Shown: positions 1 through 11,239 of the stretch, one piece after another
How the letters are laid out: every line of letters starts with the position of its first letter
Numbering within the stretch: position 1 is the stretch's first letter
NCBI RefSeq assembly: GCF_963921235.1
Contig: NC_086107.1
Coordinates: 97,776,001 to 97,840,000 of the forward strand
Length of the DNA stretch: 64,000 nt
Source: Mobula hypostoma
Taxonomy: Eukaryota
Direction: 5' to 3'
Notes under the pieces: model-generated
Database searches by the model: none
The model's input: only the letters and a program-made list of their open reading frames with translations
Told to the model about the DNA's origin: nothing
Made by a program: the position numbers and the translations under genes

Positions 1-1009
1 ACTGGCGACAGTGTGAGACTGTAGGGGTGTGTGGCCGCACTGAGTTACACTGGCGACAGTGTGAGACTGTAGGGGTGTGTGACCGCACTGAGTTACACTG
101 GCGACAGTGTGAGACTGTAGGGGTGTGTGGCCGCACTGAGTTACACTGGCGACAGTGTGAGACTGTAGGGGTGTGTGGCCGCACTGAGTTACACTGGCGA
201 CAGTGTGAGACTGTAGGGGTGTGTGGCCGCACTGAGTTACACTGGCGACAGTGTGAGACTGTAGGGGTGTGTGGCCGCACTGAGTTACACTGGCGACAGT
301 GTGAGACTGTAGGGGTGTGTGGCCGCACTGAGTTACACTGGCGACAGTGTGAGGCTGTAGGGGTGTGTGGCCGCACTGAGTTACACTGGCGACAGTGTGA
401 GACTGTAGGGGTGTGTGGCCGCACTGAGTTACACTGGCGACAGTGTGAGACTGTAGGGGTGTGTGGCCGCACTGAGTTACACTGGCGACAGTGTGAGGCT
501 GTAGGGGTGTGTGGCCGCACTGAGTTACACTGGCGACAGTGTGAGACTGTAGGGGTGTGTGGCCGCACTGAGTTACACTGGCGACAGTGTGAGACTGTAG
601 GGGTGTGTGGCCGCACTGAGTTACACTGGCGACAGTGTGAGACTGTCGGGGTGTGTGGCCGCACTGAGTTACACTGGCGACAGTGTGAGACTGTAGGGGT
701 GTGTGGCCGCACTGAGTTACACTGGCGACAGTGTGAGACTGTAGGGGTGTGTGGCCGCACTGAGTTACACTGGCGACAGTGTGAGACTGTAGGGGTGTGT
801 GGCCGCACTGAGTTACACTGGCGACAGTGTGAGACTGTAGGGGCGTGTGACCCCACTGAGTTACACTGGCGACAGTGTGAGACTGTAGGGGCGTGTGGCC
901 GCACTGAGTTGCACTGGCGACAGTGTGAGGCTGTAGGGGCGTGTGGCCGCACTGAGTTGCACTGGCGACAGTGTGAGACTGTAGGGGCGTGTGACCACAC
1001 TGAGTTACA
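1..1009. repeat. 48-bp tandem satellite/minisatellite, about 21 units visible, truncated by the window start
   Basis: Unit actggcgacagtgtgagactgtaggggtgtgtggccgcactgagttac repeats head-to-tail almost perfectly; variants accumulate in the last 4 units. Confidence 0.98.
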
Positions 1010-1353
1010 GTAGTGTGTAGAAGTCTTAGGCATTTATACATAGCTAGAGATTTGCACAGTACTGTAGTAATTTTATGTATTGCACTGTACTGCTGCCACG
1101 AAACAAAAATAAATTTCATGACACAAGTGAGTGCTGATAAACCTGATTCTGTTATGGGTCTCTATTGTGGACTGAGAGGGGAATCATGGTTGGGAAAAGG
1201 GGAAGGGAGAGGGGAGGGAATGGGGAACACCAGAGAGATATTCTGTAATGATCAATAAACCAAGTGTTTGGAATCAAATGACCTTGCCTGGTGTCTCAGG
1301 GCTGGGTGTGTCTGCACCCGCACCACCCCCTGTTCCTGGCACTCCTCTGCCAC
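1006..1353 (+). mobile_element. Left half of a composite non-autonomous element (Tc1/mariner-type hairpin MITE + LINE-tail segment + unique segment), interrupted by the ERV
   Basis: Joined to 13682-13852 it matches the reverse complement of the uninterrupted copy at 39680-40216. Confidence 0.85.
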
Positions 1354-1795
1354 TGTCCTGGTTTTATAAATGACAAGGAAGAGCAGAAGATTCTCCAAGA
1401 AATTTTAAACTTTAATTTGCAAAGTAAAGCTGAGACAGACAAAGAACTAGGCTCTGTAAGTCTGCCACTGAATGCCCGATGTTTTCACACAGCATTCTTT
1501 ATAGCACCCCTTCTGGGTTAACAGCATTAACATATCTCTGTAAATTTCAATCTAGCTAATAAATCAATTACTCTTATCTCTCTTACCTGGCTACATTCAT
1601 TTTTCTCGAGGGTTTAAAAGTACACAGGTTTCATTCAATGGTTACATCCCAAATACCATAGTAATCGCACGCACTCAGTAACAGACACTTAATGCATAGT
1701 AAAGGCATGGTCAACATCTGAATAAACACTTGATGTGCAATAAAACCACACTTAAAATAAACACTTAGAAAACAGAGTTAAAATGTTTTCCAATA
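1354..1795 (-). repeat. ERV 3' LTR (about 442 bp)
   Basis: On the minus strand it starts TATTGG just after the PPT and ends ...CCAGGACA at the TSD; TATAAA at 1498-1503 and ATTAAA at 1411-1416 are in the expected U3/R order. Confidence 0.85.
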
Positions 1796-1797
1796 TA

Positions 1798-1809
1798 ATC
1801 CCTCCTTTG
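1798..1809 (-). promoter_or_regulatory. ERV polypurine tract
   Basis: Minus strand CAAAGGAGGGAT lies directly before the LTR; a hairpin tgagactt..aagtctca (about 1808-1826) adjoins it. Confidence 0.85.
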
Positions 1810-1950
1810 AGACTTCCAAAGTCTCACATAGAGAGAGGAAACTACAAGTCCACATACAAAAGCTCAAATAAACTCCAGAGTTTACTCCTAAATCTGGGTC
1901 AAACTATAATTTCTTGTGCTTAGAACTCGAAGTGTTCGTTCTCTACCTTC

Positions 1951-3670
1951 CTAGGCCACTGAGCCAAAAACCTGTCCCTTCATGTCTGAGACAGGAAAAA
2001 AGACCCAGGAGCCTTTACAGTCTACTGCCACATTATCATTTCCATCCCGTACATCTTGCATGTCGTGTAAGCTGTAACAATACATCATCGGTGTTTCTCT
2101 TTCCACTGGGCTTGATTCAGCAATTTCCAGGAGCATCGGAAAGCATTTTGTTGCGGCCCGCACTATAAGAGACTTGAGACACGGAAGAAAACAGCACAAA
2201 ACAATCGCACAGCTTACCAACACAATACCTACAGTTATCGCTATCTTGGTTAGCCATGCTCCCCATCCCCCTAGTTTACTATCTAACCAGTCAAATAACT
2301 GACGTCCAAACCCTGCATTCTGTCTAACTTCTCTTCTTAGACTTTTCAATTTGTTCATTGCTCTGGTAAATGATCCCTCTGGACTAGTGTTATTTGGTAT
2401 AAAAGTACAGCACTGTTCTCCAAACATTACACAAACTCCTCCTTTTTCTGCTAACAGCCAGTCTAACACCTGTCTATTCTGCCACACCACTCTACTAGTT
2501 GCATCCAGCTGTTGTCCTAGTGCCTCCAGCGCAACATCGGTGTAGTTAACGAATCTCTGTTGATTATAATATATATAATTTATCCACTCAACGTTTTTGC
2601 TAACCCCTACTATAGGTATAATCGCTTCCCAGCCAGCAGCAATCTCATTTATTGCCAAACTCGTTAGGTATACCTCTCGGCTGTCCTATACTATCGATTC
2701 GGATCGTTGGGTCAGGTTCATATTTTCCCCTCTTCCGCCACAGTGTCTGCTGCTTCGGAGCATCAAATTGTACTTCAGGGGATAGTACAACTTCTTGAAT
2801 CAGCATAACCCGTGTACATGTACCTGCCCAACTAAGGGGAAGTGTGGATCTCAGGCCTCCCTCCATTCCGCACAACCACCAAGTGTCCGCTAATGGAATG
2901 TTCTGGACATCCAACGCACCTTCGGGTGGAGGGGTACCTACTATGTATCTTCGGCCTGGGGTTACATCCCAAGTCTGCATGCAGTTACCCCTAAAATGGC
3001 CAACCACAAAAGCACCTGTCCGTGTAAAGCATTCATTATTCAAATGATCCTGCATTATCAATTTTCGCACTACGGGGGTCTGACTTCTTTCACTAATGGC
3101 CCAAGGTCTGCTATAATTATATTTATGGGCGAGCACATTTCGATCGAATTGCAAGGAGGCTTGGGATAGCATACACCAATAAGGGCAATATGGGGTGTTA
3201 TCAATACATTTCTGATAACAAGGATCTGCCCTGCTACAAATTCCCATGCTGCAAGTCTTGACTACACTTGGACACTGCCGCACACACTGCCCCCTCCGCT
3301 CCTTTCACCATTGCGTGCAGGTGGAGGGGTTATAAGGCATGGGGGCTACGTGTTGCACAGGCTTCGCCCTGGAGCACAGATAACAATTCTGTCTCCCCAT
3401 CATTCCTGCTGTGTATTGTGCCCATTGGTACCACTGGCTAGTACGTGTCTGTTGTCACTGCAAAGAGGTAACTGTTGCGCTCCGCTTACTCCTTTCTTTT
3501 AAGGTTTGCGGAGTCCGAACATTCCTATGCCATATCGGCCAAATTAATGGTTTCCAAGTCCATACTGGGGTTTGTGGGTGTATCATCCCAAGGGGCAAAA
3601 CTGGTCGCTCCCAAGTCATCCACACTGTCTGAAGGAATACTACTATCCACAACCCCATCCTTAGGGTCAT
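1951..3670 (-). pseudogene. env: ERV env (gamma-type SU/TM), disrupted by stops and a frameshift
   Basis: Signal-like MGLWIVVFLQTVW, basic RSKR, CYLC (CxxC), basic RKR, IDSIGQPRGIPNEF, KNVEWINYIYYNQQRF, ISD WQNRQVLDWLLAEKGGVC, CX6CC (CVMFGEQCC) and a TM helix. Stop near 3455, frameshift near 2650. Confidence 0.93.
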
Positions 3671-4812
3671 CTGACCTGTTCTCAAAACCAAAAACTTCCC
3701 TTATCATCTGATCACACTCCTGTGGTGTAGTGACAACTTCTTGTTCTTCTTGTCTATCCCCTGCTATCCGTTCCTCTTCACCACTTACCTCGGGCTCCAC
3801 ACCTGGCTGTACCTGTGAGACTGCTCTGGTGCAGTGATTGAGATGGTACCAGGTGGAGCGTCCCTCTACCTGAACTGCAGTGGGTGACGCCTTGGTTACC
3901 GTAAAAGGTCCTTCCCTTCTTGGTTCGTTCCACTTTCTTCGAAAAGCTGGCACATAGACCTGATCTCCTGGATTGATTGGTCCTTCCCTTTGCACGATCT
4001 CCGGCTCTTTCTGTTTTTCCTGTGCATAGATAGACTAATGTATCATGGTTAGTTACTGCACGTATTGTTTTAGTTCTACTTCCAATTGATCCAAGCTAGG
4101 CCCTTTGTATGGTCCTCTCCACTGGGGCACTGGCATGGGCCTTCCGGTTAGCATTTCATGCGGTGTTAGACACGTCACTTGATTAGTTTGCATGCGGTAA
4201 CTCATTAACGCTAATGGCAGCGCGTTGATCCAGTTGAGTTTAGTACCCGCACAAATTTTATTCAGTTTGGTTTTTAGAGTCCCGTTAATTCTTTCTACCA
4301 TGCCCTGCAAATGAGGGTGATACACACATCCAAACCTCTGATTTATTCTTAGTGCTTGCAATACTAATTTGACCACCTTTTGGATAAATGCTGAACCGTT
4401 GTCTGAGCTGACTTCTTTAGGTATTCTGAATCTTGGGATCACCTCATTTGTCAGGAATTTTACCACTGTTCCTGCCCCTTGATCTTTCGAGGGTACCACT
4501 TCTACCCATCTACTGAATCTGTCAATTACTACTAACATGTATCTTTTCCCTCTTGTTGTCCTTATCATATCTACGTAGTCAATCACTAAATGTTTAAATG
4601 GCCCTTCGGGCACAGGTTCATGGCCTATTGGGGTTGTAATTCCTTTCCGAACATTATTCTGTACACATACCTCGCACTGCAACAGCACATGGTCTACTGA
4701 AGCCTGTAAATAAGGCGACCAAAAACCGTCCTCTTCTATTTTCCTTATCACTTCCCCCCTTGCACAATGATCCATCCCATGCACTTATGCTGAATCAGTA
4801 TAAATGTCTACT
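3525..4812 (-). pseudogene. ERV integrase copy A plus C-terminal domain (GPY/F-like), preceded by an RNase H stub
   Basis: HGMDH..CEVC zinc finger, IDYVD / SDNG / GMVER catalytic motifs, PRREGPF; in-frame stop at about 4053. Confidence 0.93.
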
Positions 4813-6713
4813 GTAACATGTAACCCGCGGCCCGACAGTGGAGTCAGGCATTGTTCAGCCGGCTCTACGAGGATTCATGGACGACATCGCTGTAACAACT
4901 GTGTCACATGCCCAAGCAAGATGGGTATTGGAAACCCTGGGTAATGTGGCCACTTGGGCGAGGATGTCCTTCAAGGCTAAGAAGTCCAGGTGCATGGTGA
5001 TCAGAAAGGGCAAAGTTACTAGCAAGTTTAGCCTCCAAGTTCAGGGTGAGGTCATCCCTTCCATCGAAGATAACCTGATAAAATGCTTGGGGAAGTGGTT
5101 TAATGTGTCACTGACAGATGGGGCCAATGTCACCAATGCTGTGAAGCAGACAGAGGAATGGCTGAAGAAGATCGACAAATCCGGACTTCCAGGTAAATTC
5201 AAGACCTGGCTGTACCAATACGGCATTCTGCCCAGGCTTCTCTGGCTCTTCACACTTTATGAGTTCCCCATGACTGCCGTAGAGGGCATCGAGAGGAAAA
5301 CCAACAAGCACCTGTGGAGATGGTTTGGAGTTCCCCCAAGCTTCTCTTCAGTGGGCCTCTACTTTCGTTCTGGGCAACTGCAGCTTCCCCTGTCATCTAT
5401 TGCGGAGGAATTCAAGGTGGCAAAATACAGAGTTTTATTAAGCTTGAGAGATTCTAATGACATCTTGGTAAAGCAAGCAGGCGTTACAACCAGATCTGGG
5501 CGCAAGTGGGCAGCCAACGCAGCTGTGGAGGAGGCAGTGTGTTCTCTGAAGCTGCGAGATATTATCGGCAACCCCTGCGTCGGGCGGCAAGGCCTCGGCT
5601 CAGTTCACTTCCAGAAGTGGGGAAACGCAAGCATAAGGAGCAGGTGAGACATGGTACAGGCAGAAGTACGGATCCGTGAGGAAGAGAAGCGGATGTCAAA
5701 GGCAGTGGAACAGGGGTCCCAGGGTGCCTGGACAAAATGGGATCTGCCTAAGCGCAAGATCGCATGGGCAGAGTTATAGAGACTGGAGCCCTTCCGTATT
5801 TCCTTCCTCTTGCGATCTGTGTATGACACCCTTCCTTCACCATTACATCTGTACACATGGGAGATGAGAGAGGACCCGAACTGTAAGCTCTGTGGTCAAA
5901 AGGGGACACTGGCTCATATACTGTCTGGGTGTATAACAGCTCTAACTCAAGGACAGTATAGGTGGCGCCATGATAAGGTGCTTCTGGCTCTTGCTGACAC
6001 ACTAGAGCGTGAGAGATACAAGAAGAGGACGGCTGGCACAGATTTGAGGAAGGCCACCATCTTCATCAAAGAGGGAGCTAGGCCTTTCGTAACCAAACAA
6101 CCAAAGCTCAATCTGCTGCTAACGGCCAGGTCCTGGGAGATGAGGGTCGATGTGGGAAGGAGGTTGCAGTTCCCGGATGTGGTGCACACAACCCTACGCC
6201 CGGAAATTGTACTGTGGTCAACAGAAGACAAGAAAATAATTCTGGTTGAATTGACTGTGCCATGGAAGGAGGGATGGGAAGAGGCCCATGAGAGAAAAGC
6301 CTTGAAGTACCAGCCCTTACTGCAGGACTGTCAAGACAAGGGATGGCAGGCATGGTTGTTCCCTGTGGAGATCGGCTGCAGAGGTTTCCCAGCCAAATCA
6401 GCATGGCGGTTGTTGTCAGATCTGGACCTAGATGAAAGAAGCAAAAAACAAGCAGCTCGTAGGATGGTGGAAGAGGCAGAACAAGCCTCTTGTTGGATTT
6501 GGAGTAGGCGAGAGGAGGGGAGCTGGAAGCCAGGAGCAGATGGGCAGTGATTTGGCCACCACTGCCGGCCCACCAACTGGAGAGTGTCGTGGTTAAGGGT
6601 CGAAACACTCAGTGAAGGTTGGGAACCACCTGATGACATCTGCTCCTGGCTGAAGGCTGCGGTTACCTTATAAGGTAACTGGAGGATGGACCCTAACTGG
6701 TGTATGTAACAAG
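4813..6713 (+). mobile_element. Hero-clade (RLE-type) non-LTR retrotransposon, 5'-truncated within RT, with intact 3' end (copy A)
   Basis: GFMDD, CLGKWF, LPGKFK, LPRLLW, RSVYDTLPSP, CKLCG..AHILSGC zinc knuckle, WRHDKVL, RPEIVLW..VELTVPW..ERKALKY..PVEIGCRGF endonuclease. CGA>TGA stop at 5645-5647 (CGA in copies B and C); ORF ends at 6550; about 160-nt 3' UTR. Confidence 0.9.
6582..6694 (+). ncRNA. Non-circularly permuted hammerhead-ribozyme-like RNA in the Hero 3' UTR
   Basis: Stem III GAGUGU(6582-87)/ACACUC(6605-10); GUC cleavage triplet (C6588); stem I GUGGUU(6589-94)/AACCAC(6624-29); CUGAUGA (6630-36); stem II AGGGUC(6596-6601)/GACCCU(6689-94); GAAA (6602-05). Confidence 0.75.
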
Positions 6714-7490
6714 TAATGTATCATGGTTAGTTGCTGAATGTATTGTTTTAGTTCTACTTCCAATTGTTCCAAGCTAGGTCCTTTGTATGGTCCTCTCCAC
6801 TTGGGCACTGGCATGGGCCTTCTGGTTAGCATTTCATGCGGTGTTAGACACGTCACTCGATTAGTTTGCATGCAGTAACTCATTAAAGCTAACGGCAGCA
6901 CGTCAATCCAGTTGAGTTCAGTACCCGCACAAATTTTATTCAGTTTGGTTTTTAGAGTCCCGTTAATTCTTTCTACTATGCCCTGCGAATGAGGGTGATA
7001 CACACATCCAAACCTCTGCTTTATTCTTAGTGCTTGCAATACTAATTTGACCACCTTTTGGATAAATGCTGAACCGTTGTCTGAGCTGACTTCTTTAGGT
7101 ATTCTGAATCTTGGAATCACCTCATTTGTCAGGAATTTTACCACTGTTCCTGCCCCTTGATCTTTCGAGGGTACCACTTCTACCCATCTACTGAATCTAT
7201 CAATTACTACTAACCTGTATCTTTTCCCTCTTACTGTCCTTATCATATCTACGTAGTCAATCACTAAATGTTTAAATGGCCCTTCGGGCATGGATATATA
7301 GCCTATTGGGGTTGTATTTCCTTTCCGAACATTATTCTGTGCACATCCCTCGCACTGCAACAGCACATGGTCTACTGCAGCCTGTAAATAAAGCAACCAA
7401 AGACAGTCCTCTTTTATTTTCCTTATCACTTCCCCCCTTGCACAATGATCCATCCCATGCACTTATGCCGAATCAGTATAAATGTCTACT
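6714..7490 (-). pseudogene. ERV integrase copy B (777-bp duplicate of 4036-4812)
   Basis: Colinear with 4036-4812 with scattered substitutions and the same RNaseH/IN fusion junction. Confidence 0.93.
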
Positions 7491-8491
7491 GTAACATGTA
7501 ACCCGCGGCCCGACACTGGAGTCAGGCATTGTTCAGCCGGCTCTACGAGGATTCATGGACGACATCGCTGTAACAACTGTGTCACATGCCCAAGCAAAAT
7601 GGGTATTGGAAACCCTGGGTAATGTGGCCACTTGGGCAAGGATGTCCTTCAAGGCTAAGAAGTCCAGGTGCATGGTGATCAGAAAGGGCAAAGTTACTAG
7701 CAATTTTAGCCTCCAAATTCAGGGTGAGGTCATCCCTTCCATCGAAGATAACCTGATAAAATGCTTGGGGAAGTGGTTTAATATGTCACTGACAGATGGG
7801 GCCAATGTCACCAATGCTGTGAAGCAGACAGAGGAATGGCTGAAGAAGATCGACAAATCCGGACTTCCAGGTAAATTCAAGACCTGGCTGTACCAATACG
7901 GCATTCTGCCCAGGCTTCTCTGGCTCTTCACACTTTATGAGTTCCCCATGACTGCCGTAGAGGGCATCGAGAGGAAAACCAACAAGCACCTGTGGAGATG
8001 GTTGGGAGTTCCCCCAAGCTTCTCTTCAGTGGGCCTCTACATTCGTTCTGGGCAACTGCAGCTTCCCCTGTCATCCATTGTAGAGGAATTCAAGGTGGCA
8101 AAATACAGAGCTTTATTAAGCTTGAAAGATTCTAATGACATCTTGGTAAAGCAAGCTGGCGTTACAACCAGATCTGGGCGCAAGTGGGCAGCCAACGCAG
8201 CTGTGGAGGAGGCAGTGTGTTGTCTGAAGCTGCGAGATATCATCAGCAACCCCTGCGTCGGGCGGCAAGGCCTCGGCTCAGTTCACTTCCAGAAGTGGGG
8301 AAACGCAAGCATAAGGAACAGGCGAGACATGATACAGGCAGAAGTACGGAACTGTGAGGAAGAGAAGCGGATGTCAAAGGCAGTGGTACAAGGGTCTCAG
8401 GGTGCCTGTCCAAAATGGGATCTGCCTAAGCGCAAGATCGCATGGGCAGAGTTATGGAGACTGGAGCCCTTCCGTATTTCCTTACTCTTGC
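7491..8491 (+). mobile_element. Hero fragment copy B (same 5' junction as A, 3'-deleted)
   Basis: Same start gtaacatgtaacccgcgg; breaks at ...ctcttgc|tgagggtga into integrase. Confidence 0.92.
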
Positions 8492-8993
8492 TGAGGGTGA
8501 TACACGCATCCCAAACCTCTGCTTTATTCTTAGTGCTTGCAATACTAATTTGACCATTTTTTGGATAAACGCTGAACTGTTGTCTGAGCTGACTTCTTTA
8601 GGTATTCCGAATCTTGGGATCACCTCATTTGTCAGGAATTTTACCACTGTTCCTGCCCCTTGATCTTTCGAGGGTACCACTTCTACCCATCTACTGAATC
8701 TGTCAATTACTACTAACATGTATCTTTTCCCTCTTATTGTCCTTATAATATCTACGTAGTCAATCACTAAATATTTAAATGGCCCTTCGGGCACAGGTAT
8801 ATAGCCTATTGGGGTTGTATTTCCTTTCCGAACATTATTTTGTGCACATCCCCCGCACTGCAACAGCACATGGTCTACTGAAGCCTGTAAATAAGGCGAC
8901 CAAAGACAGTCCTCTTTTATTTTCCTTATCACTTCCCCCCTTGCACAATGATGCATCCCATGCACTTATGCCGAATCAGTATAAATGTCTACT
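8492..8993 (-). pseudogene. ERV integrase partial copy C
   Basis: HHCC and first catalytic motifs present; same junctions as the next unit. Confidence 0.9.
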
Positions 8994-9994
8994 GTAACAT
9001 GTAACCCGCGGCCTGACACTGGAGTCAGGCATTGTTCAGCCGGCTCTACGAGGATTCATGGACGACATCACTATAACAACTGTGTCACATGCCCAAGCAA
9101 GATGGGTATTGGAAACCCTGGGTAATGTGGCCACTTGGGCGAGGATGTCCTTCAAGGCTAAGAAGTCCAGGTGCATGGTGATCAGAAAGGGCAAAGTTAC
9201 TAGCAAGTTTAGCCTCCAAGTTCAGGGTGAGGTCATCCCTTCCATCGAAGATAACCTGATAAAATGCTTGGGGAAGTGGTTTAATGTGTCACTGACAGAT
9301 GGGGCCAATGTCACCAATGCTGTGAAGCAGACAGACGAATGGCTGAAGAAGATCGACAAATCCGGACTTCCAGGTAAATTCAAGACCTGGCTGTACCAAT
9401 ACGGCATTCTTCCCAGGCTTCTCTGGCTGTTCACACTTTATGAGTTCCCCATGACTGCCGTAGAGGGCATCGAGAGGAAAACCAACAAGCACCTGTGGAG
9501 ATGGTTGGGAGTTCCCCCAAGCTTCTCTTCAGTGGGCCTCTACATTCGTTCTGGGCAACTGCAGCTTCCCCTGTCATCTATTGCAGAGGAATTCAAGGTG
9601 GCAAAATACAGAGTTTTATTAAGCTTGAGAGATTCTAATGACATCTTGGTAAAGCAAGCAGGCGTTACAACCAGATCTGGGCGCAAGTGGGCAGCCAACG
9701 CAGCTGTGGAGGAGGCAGTGTGTTCTCTGAAGCTGCGAGATATCATCAGCAACCCCTGCGTCGGGCGGCAAGACCTCGGCTCAGTTCACTTCCAGAAGTG
9801 GGGAAACGCAAGCATAAGGAACAGGCGAGACATGGTACAGGCAGAAGTACGGATCCGTGAGGAAGAGAAGCGGATGTCAAAGGCAGTGGAACAAGGGTCC
9901 CAGGGTGCCTAGACAAAATGGGATCTGCCTAAGCGCAAGATCGCACGGGCAGAGTTATGGAGACTGGAGCCCTTCCGTATTTCCTTACTCTTGC
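8994..9994 (+). mobile_element. Hero fragment copy C (1503-bp period with copy B)
   Basis: Same two junctions as copy B; private TAG stop at 9910-9912. Confidence 0.92.
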
Positions 9995-11238
9995 TGAGGG
10001 TGATACACGCATCCAAACCTCTGCTTTATTCTTAGTGCTTGCAATACTAATTTGACCATCTTTTGGATAAACGCTGAACCGTTGTCTGAGCTGACTTCTT
10101 TAGGTATTCTGAATCTTGGGATCACCTCGTTTGTCAGGAATTTTACCACTGTTCCTGCCCCTTGATCTTTCGAGGGTACCACTTCTACCCATCTACTGAA
10201 TCTATCAATTACTACTAACATGTATCTTTTCCCTCTTATTGTCCTTAACATATCTACATAGTCAAAATTAAATGTTTAAATGGCCCTTCGGGCACGGGTA
10301 TATGGCCTATTGGGGTTGTAATTCCTTTCCGAACATTATTTTGTGCACATCCCTCGCACTGCAACAGCACATGGTCTACTGAGGCCTGTAAATAAGGCGA
10401 CCAAAAACGTCCTTTTTTATTTTCCTTATCACTTCCTCCCTTACACAATGATCCATCCCATGCACTTATGCCGAATCAGAATAAATGTCTACTTTCTCAC
10501 CTTCCATCATTTCGCATGCTGCTGTCAGGGCTTTGATTTCCACTAACTGGGCGGAACACGGTTGGGGAAAAGCTTCCATTCTAATGGTCTTAAAGCTTGT
10601 CTGATCCTGCTGCACTACTGAGAGACCTGCATGGTTTCCATCATAATCCCGATAACAGGAGCCATCTACAAACAAAACCTTTTTACCTTCCTCTTCTAGT
10701 GGTTCGGATCGTAAATCTGCTCTTAATTTGGCAAATGCCATTGTTTCCCTTACACAGTCACGGGGTTCTCCTTCATGACCCAAGGGGACATAATCAGCTA
10801 TGTTATGGTAGTACATCTCTGTATAGTTATATCTGGAAATGTCAATAACATCTGATATACTGTTATTCTGGCTGGTGTCAACACGAATTTATCTCTTTCC
10901 AGTAATCCTGTTACCTTGTGGTGTGTGTACAGGATCACAGGGTAGCCCATGGTCACGGATGATGCCTTTTCATAGGCATAGTACAATGCTACTAGTCCCT
11001 GATAACAGGGTGGGTACCCCTGAGCCACTTCATCCAATTTCGCACTATAGTTTGCTATAGGTTGTTTTGCTTTTCCTGTGCCTGTCTCTTGTGTTAAAAC
11101 TGCTGCAACATAGCCTTCCTGCCAGTTAGATACATACAAATGAAAGTCCTTTTCATAGTCAGGCAAAGCTAACGCTGGAGCTGACTGCAATTCCTGTTTA
11201 GTAGTATTAATCGCTATTTCCACCTCCCTTATTATCAC
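9995..11238 (-). pseudogene. ERV pol remnant: RT connection/tether + truncated RNase H + partial integrase copy D
   Basis: KQELQSAPALALPDY, VLTQ..PIANYS, LFVDGS, SAQLVEIKAL, VDIYSDSA* fused directly to VHGMDHC; no protease or YxDD seen. Confidence 0.9.
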
Positions 11239-11239
11239 T

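Noticed and set aside
1..1009. CRISPR-like or RSS-like array
   Set aside because: No unique spacers; gacagtg and cactgag are not a CACAGTG heptamer with a spaced nonamer.
27..1013. 328-aa repetitive Cys/His-containing ORF
   Set aside because: By-product of a stop-free 48-bp unit (16 codons); non-ATG start and almost no variation to show coding constraint.
5041..9752. Recurring short minus-strand ORFs (67-70 aa) in Hero copies
   Set aside because: Antisense shadows of the duplicated Hero ORF.
4036..10493. Assembly artefact explanation for the repeated IN/Hero units
   Set aside because: Copies carry many private substitutions and two distinct, reproducible junction types; read support is still needed for certainty.
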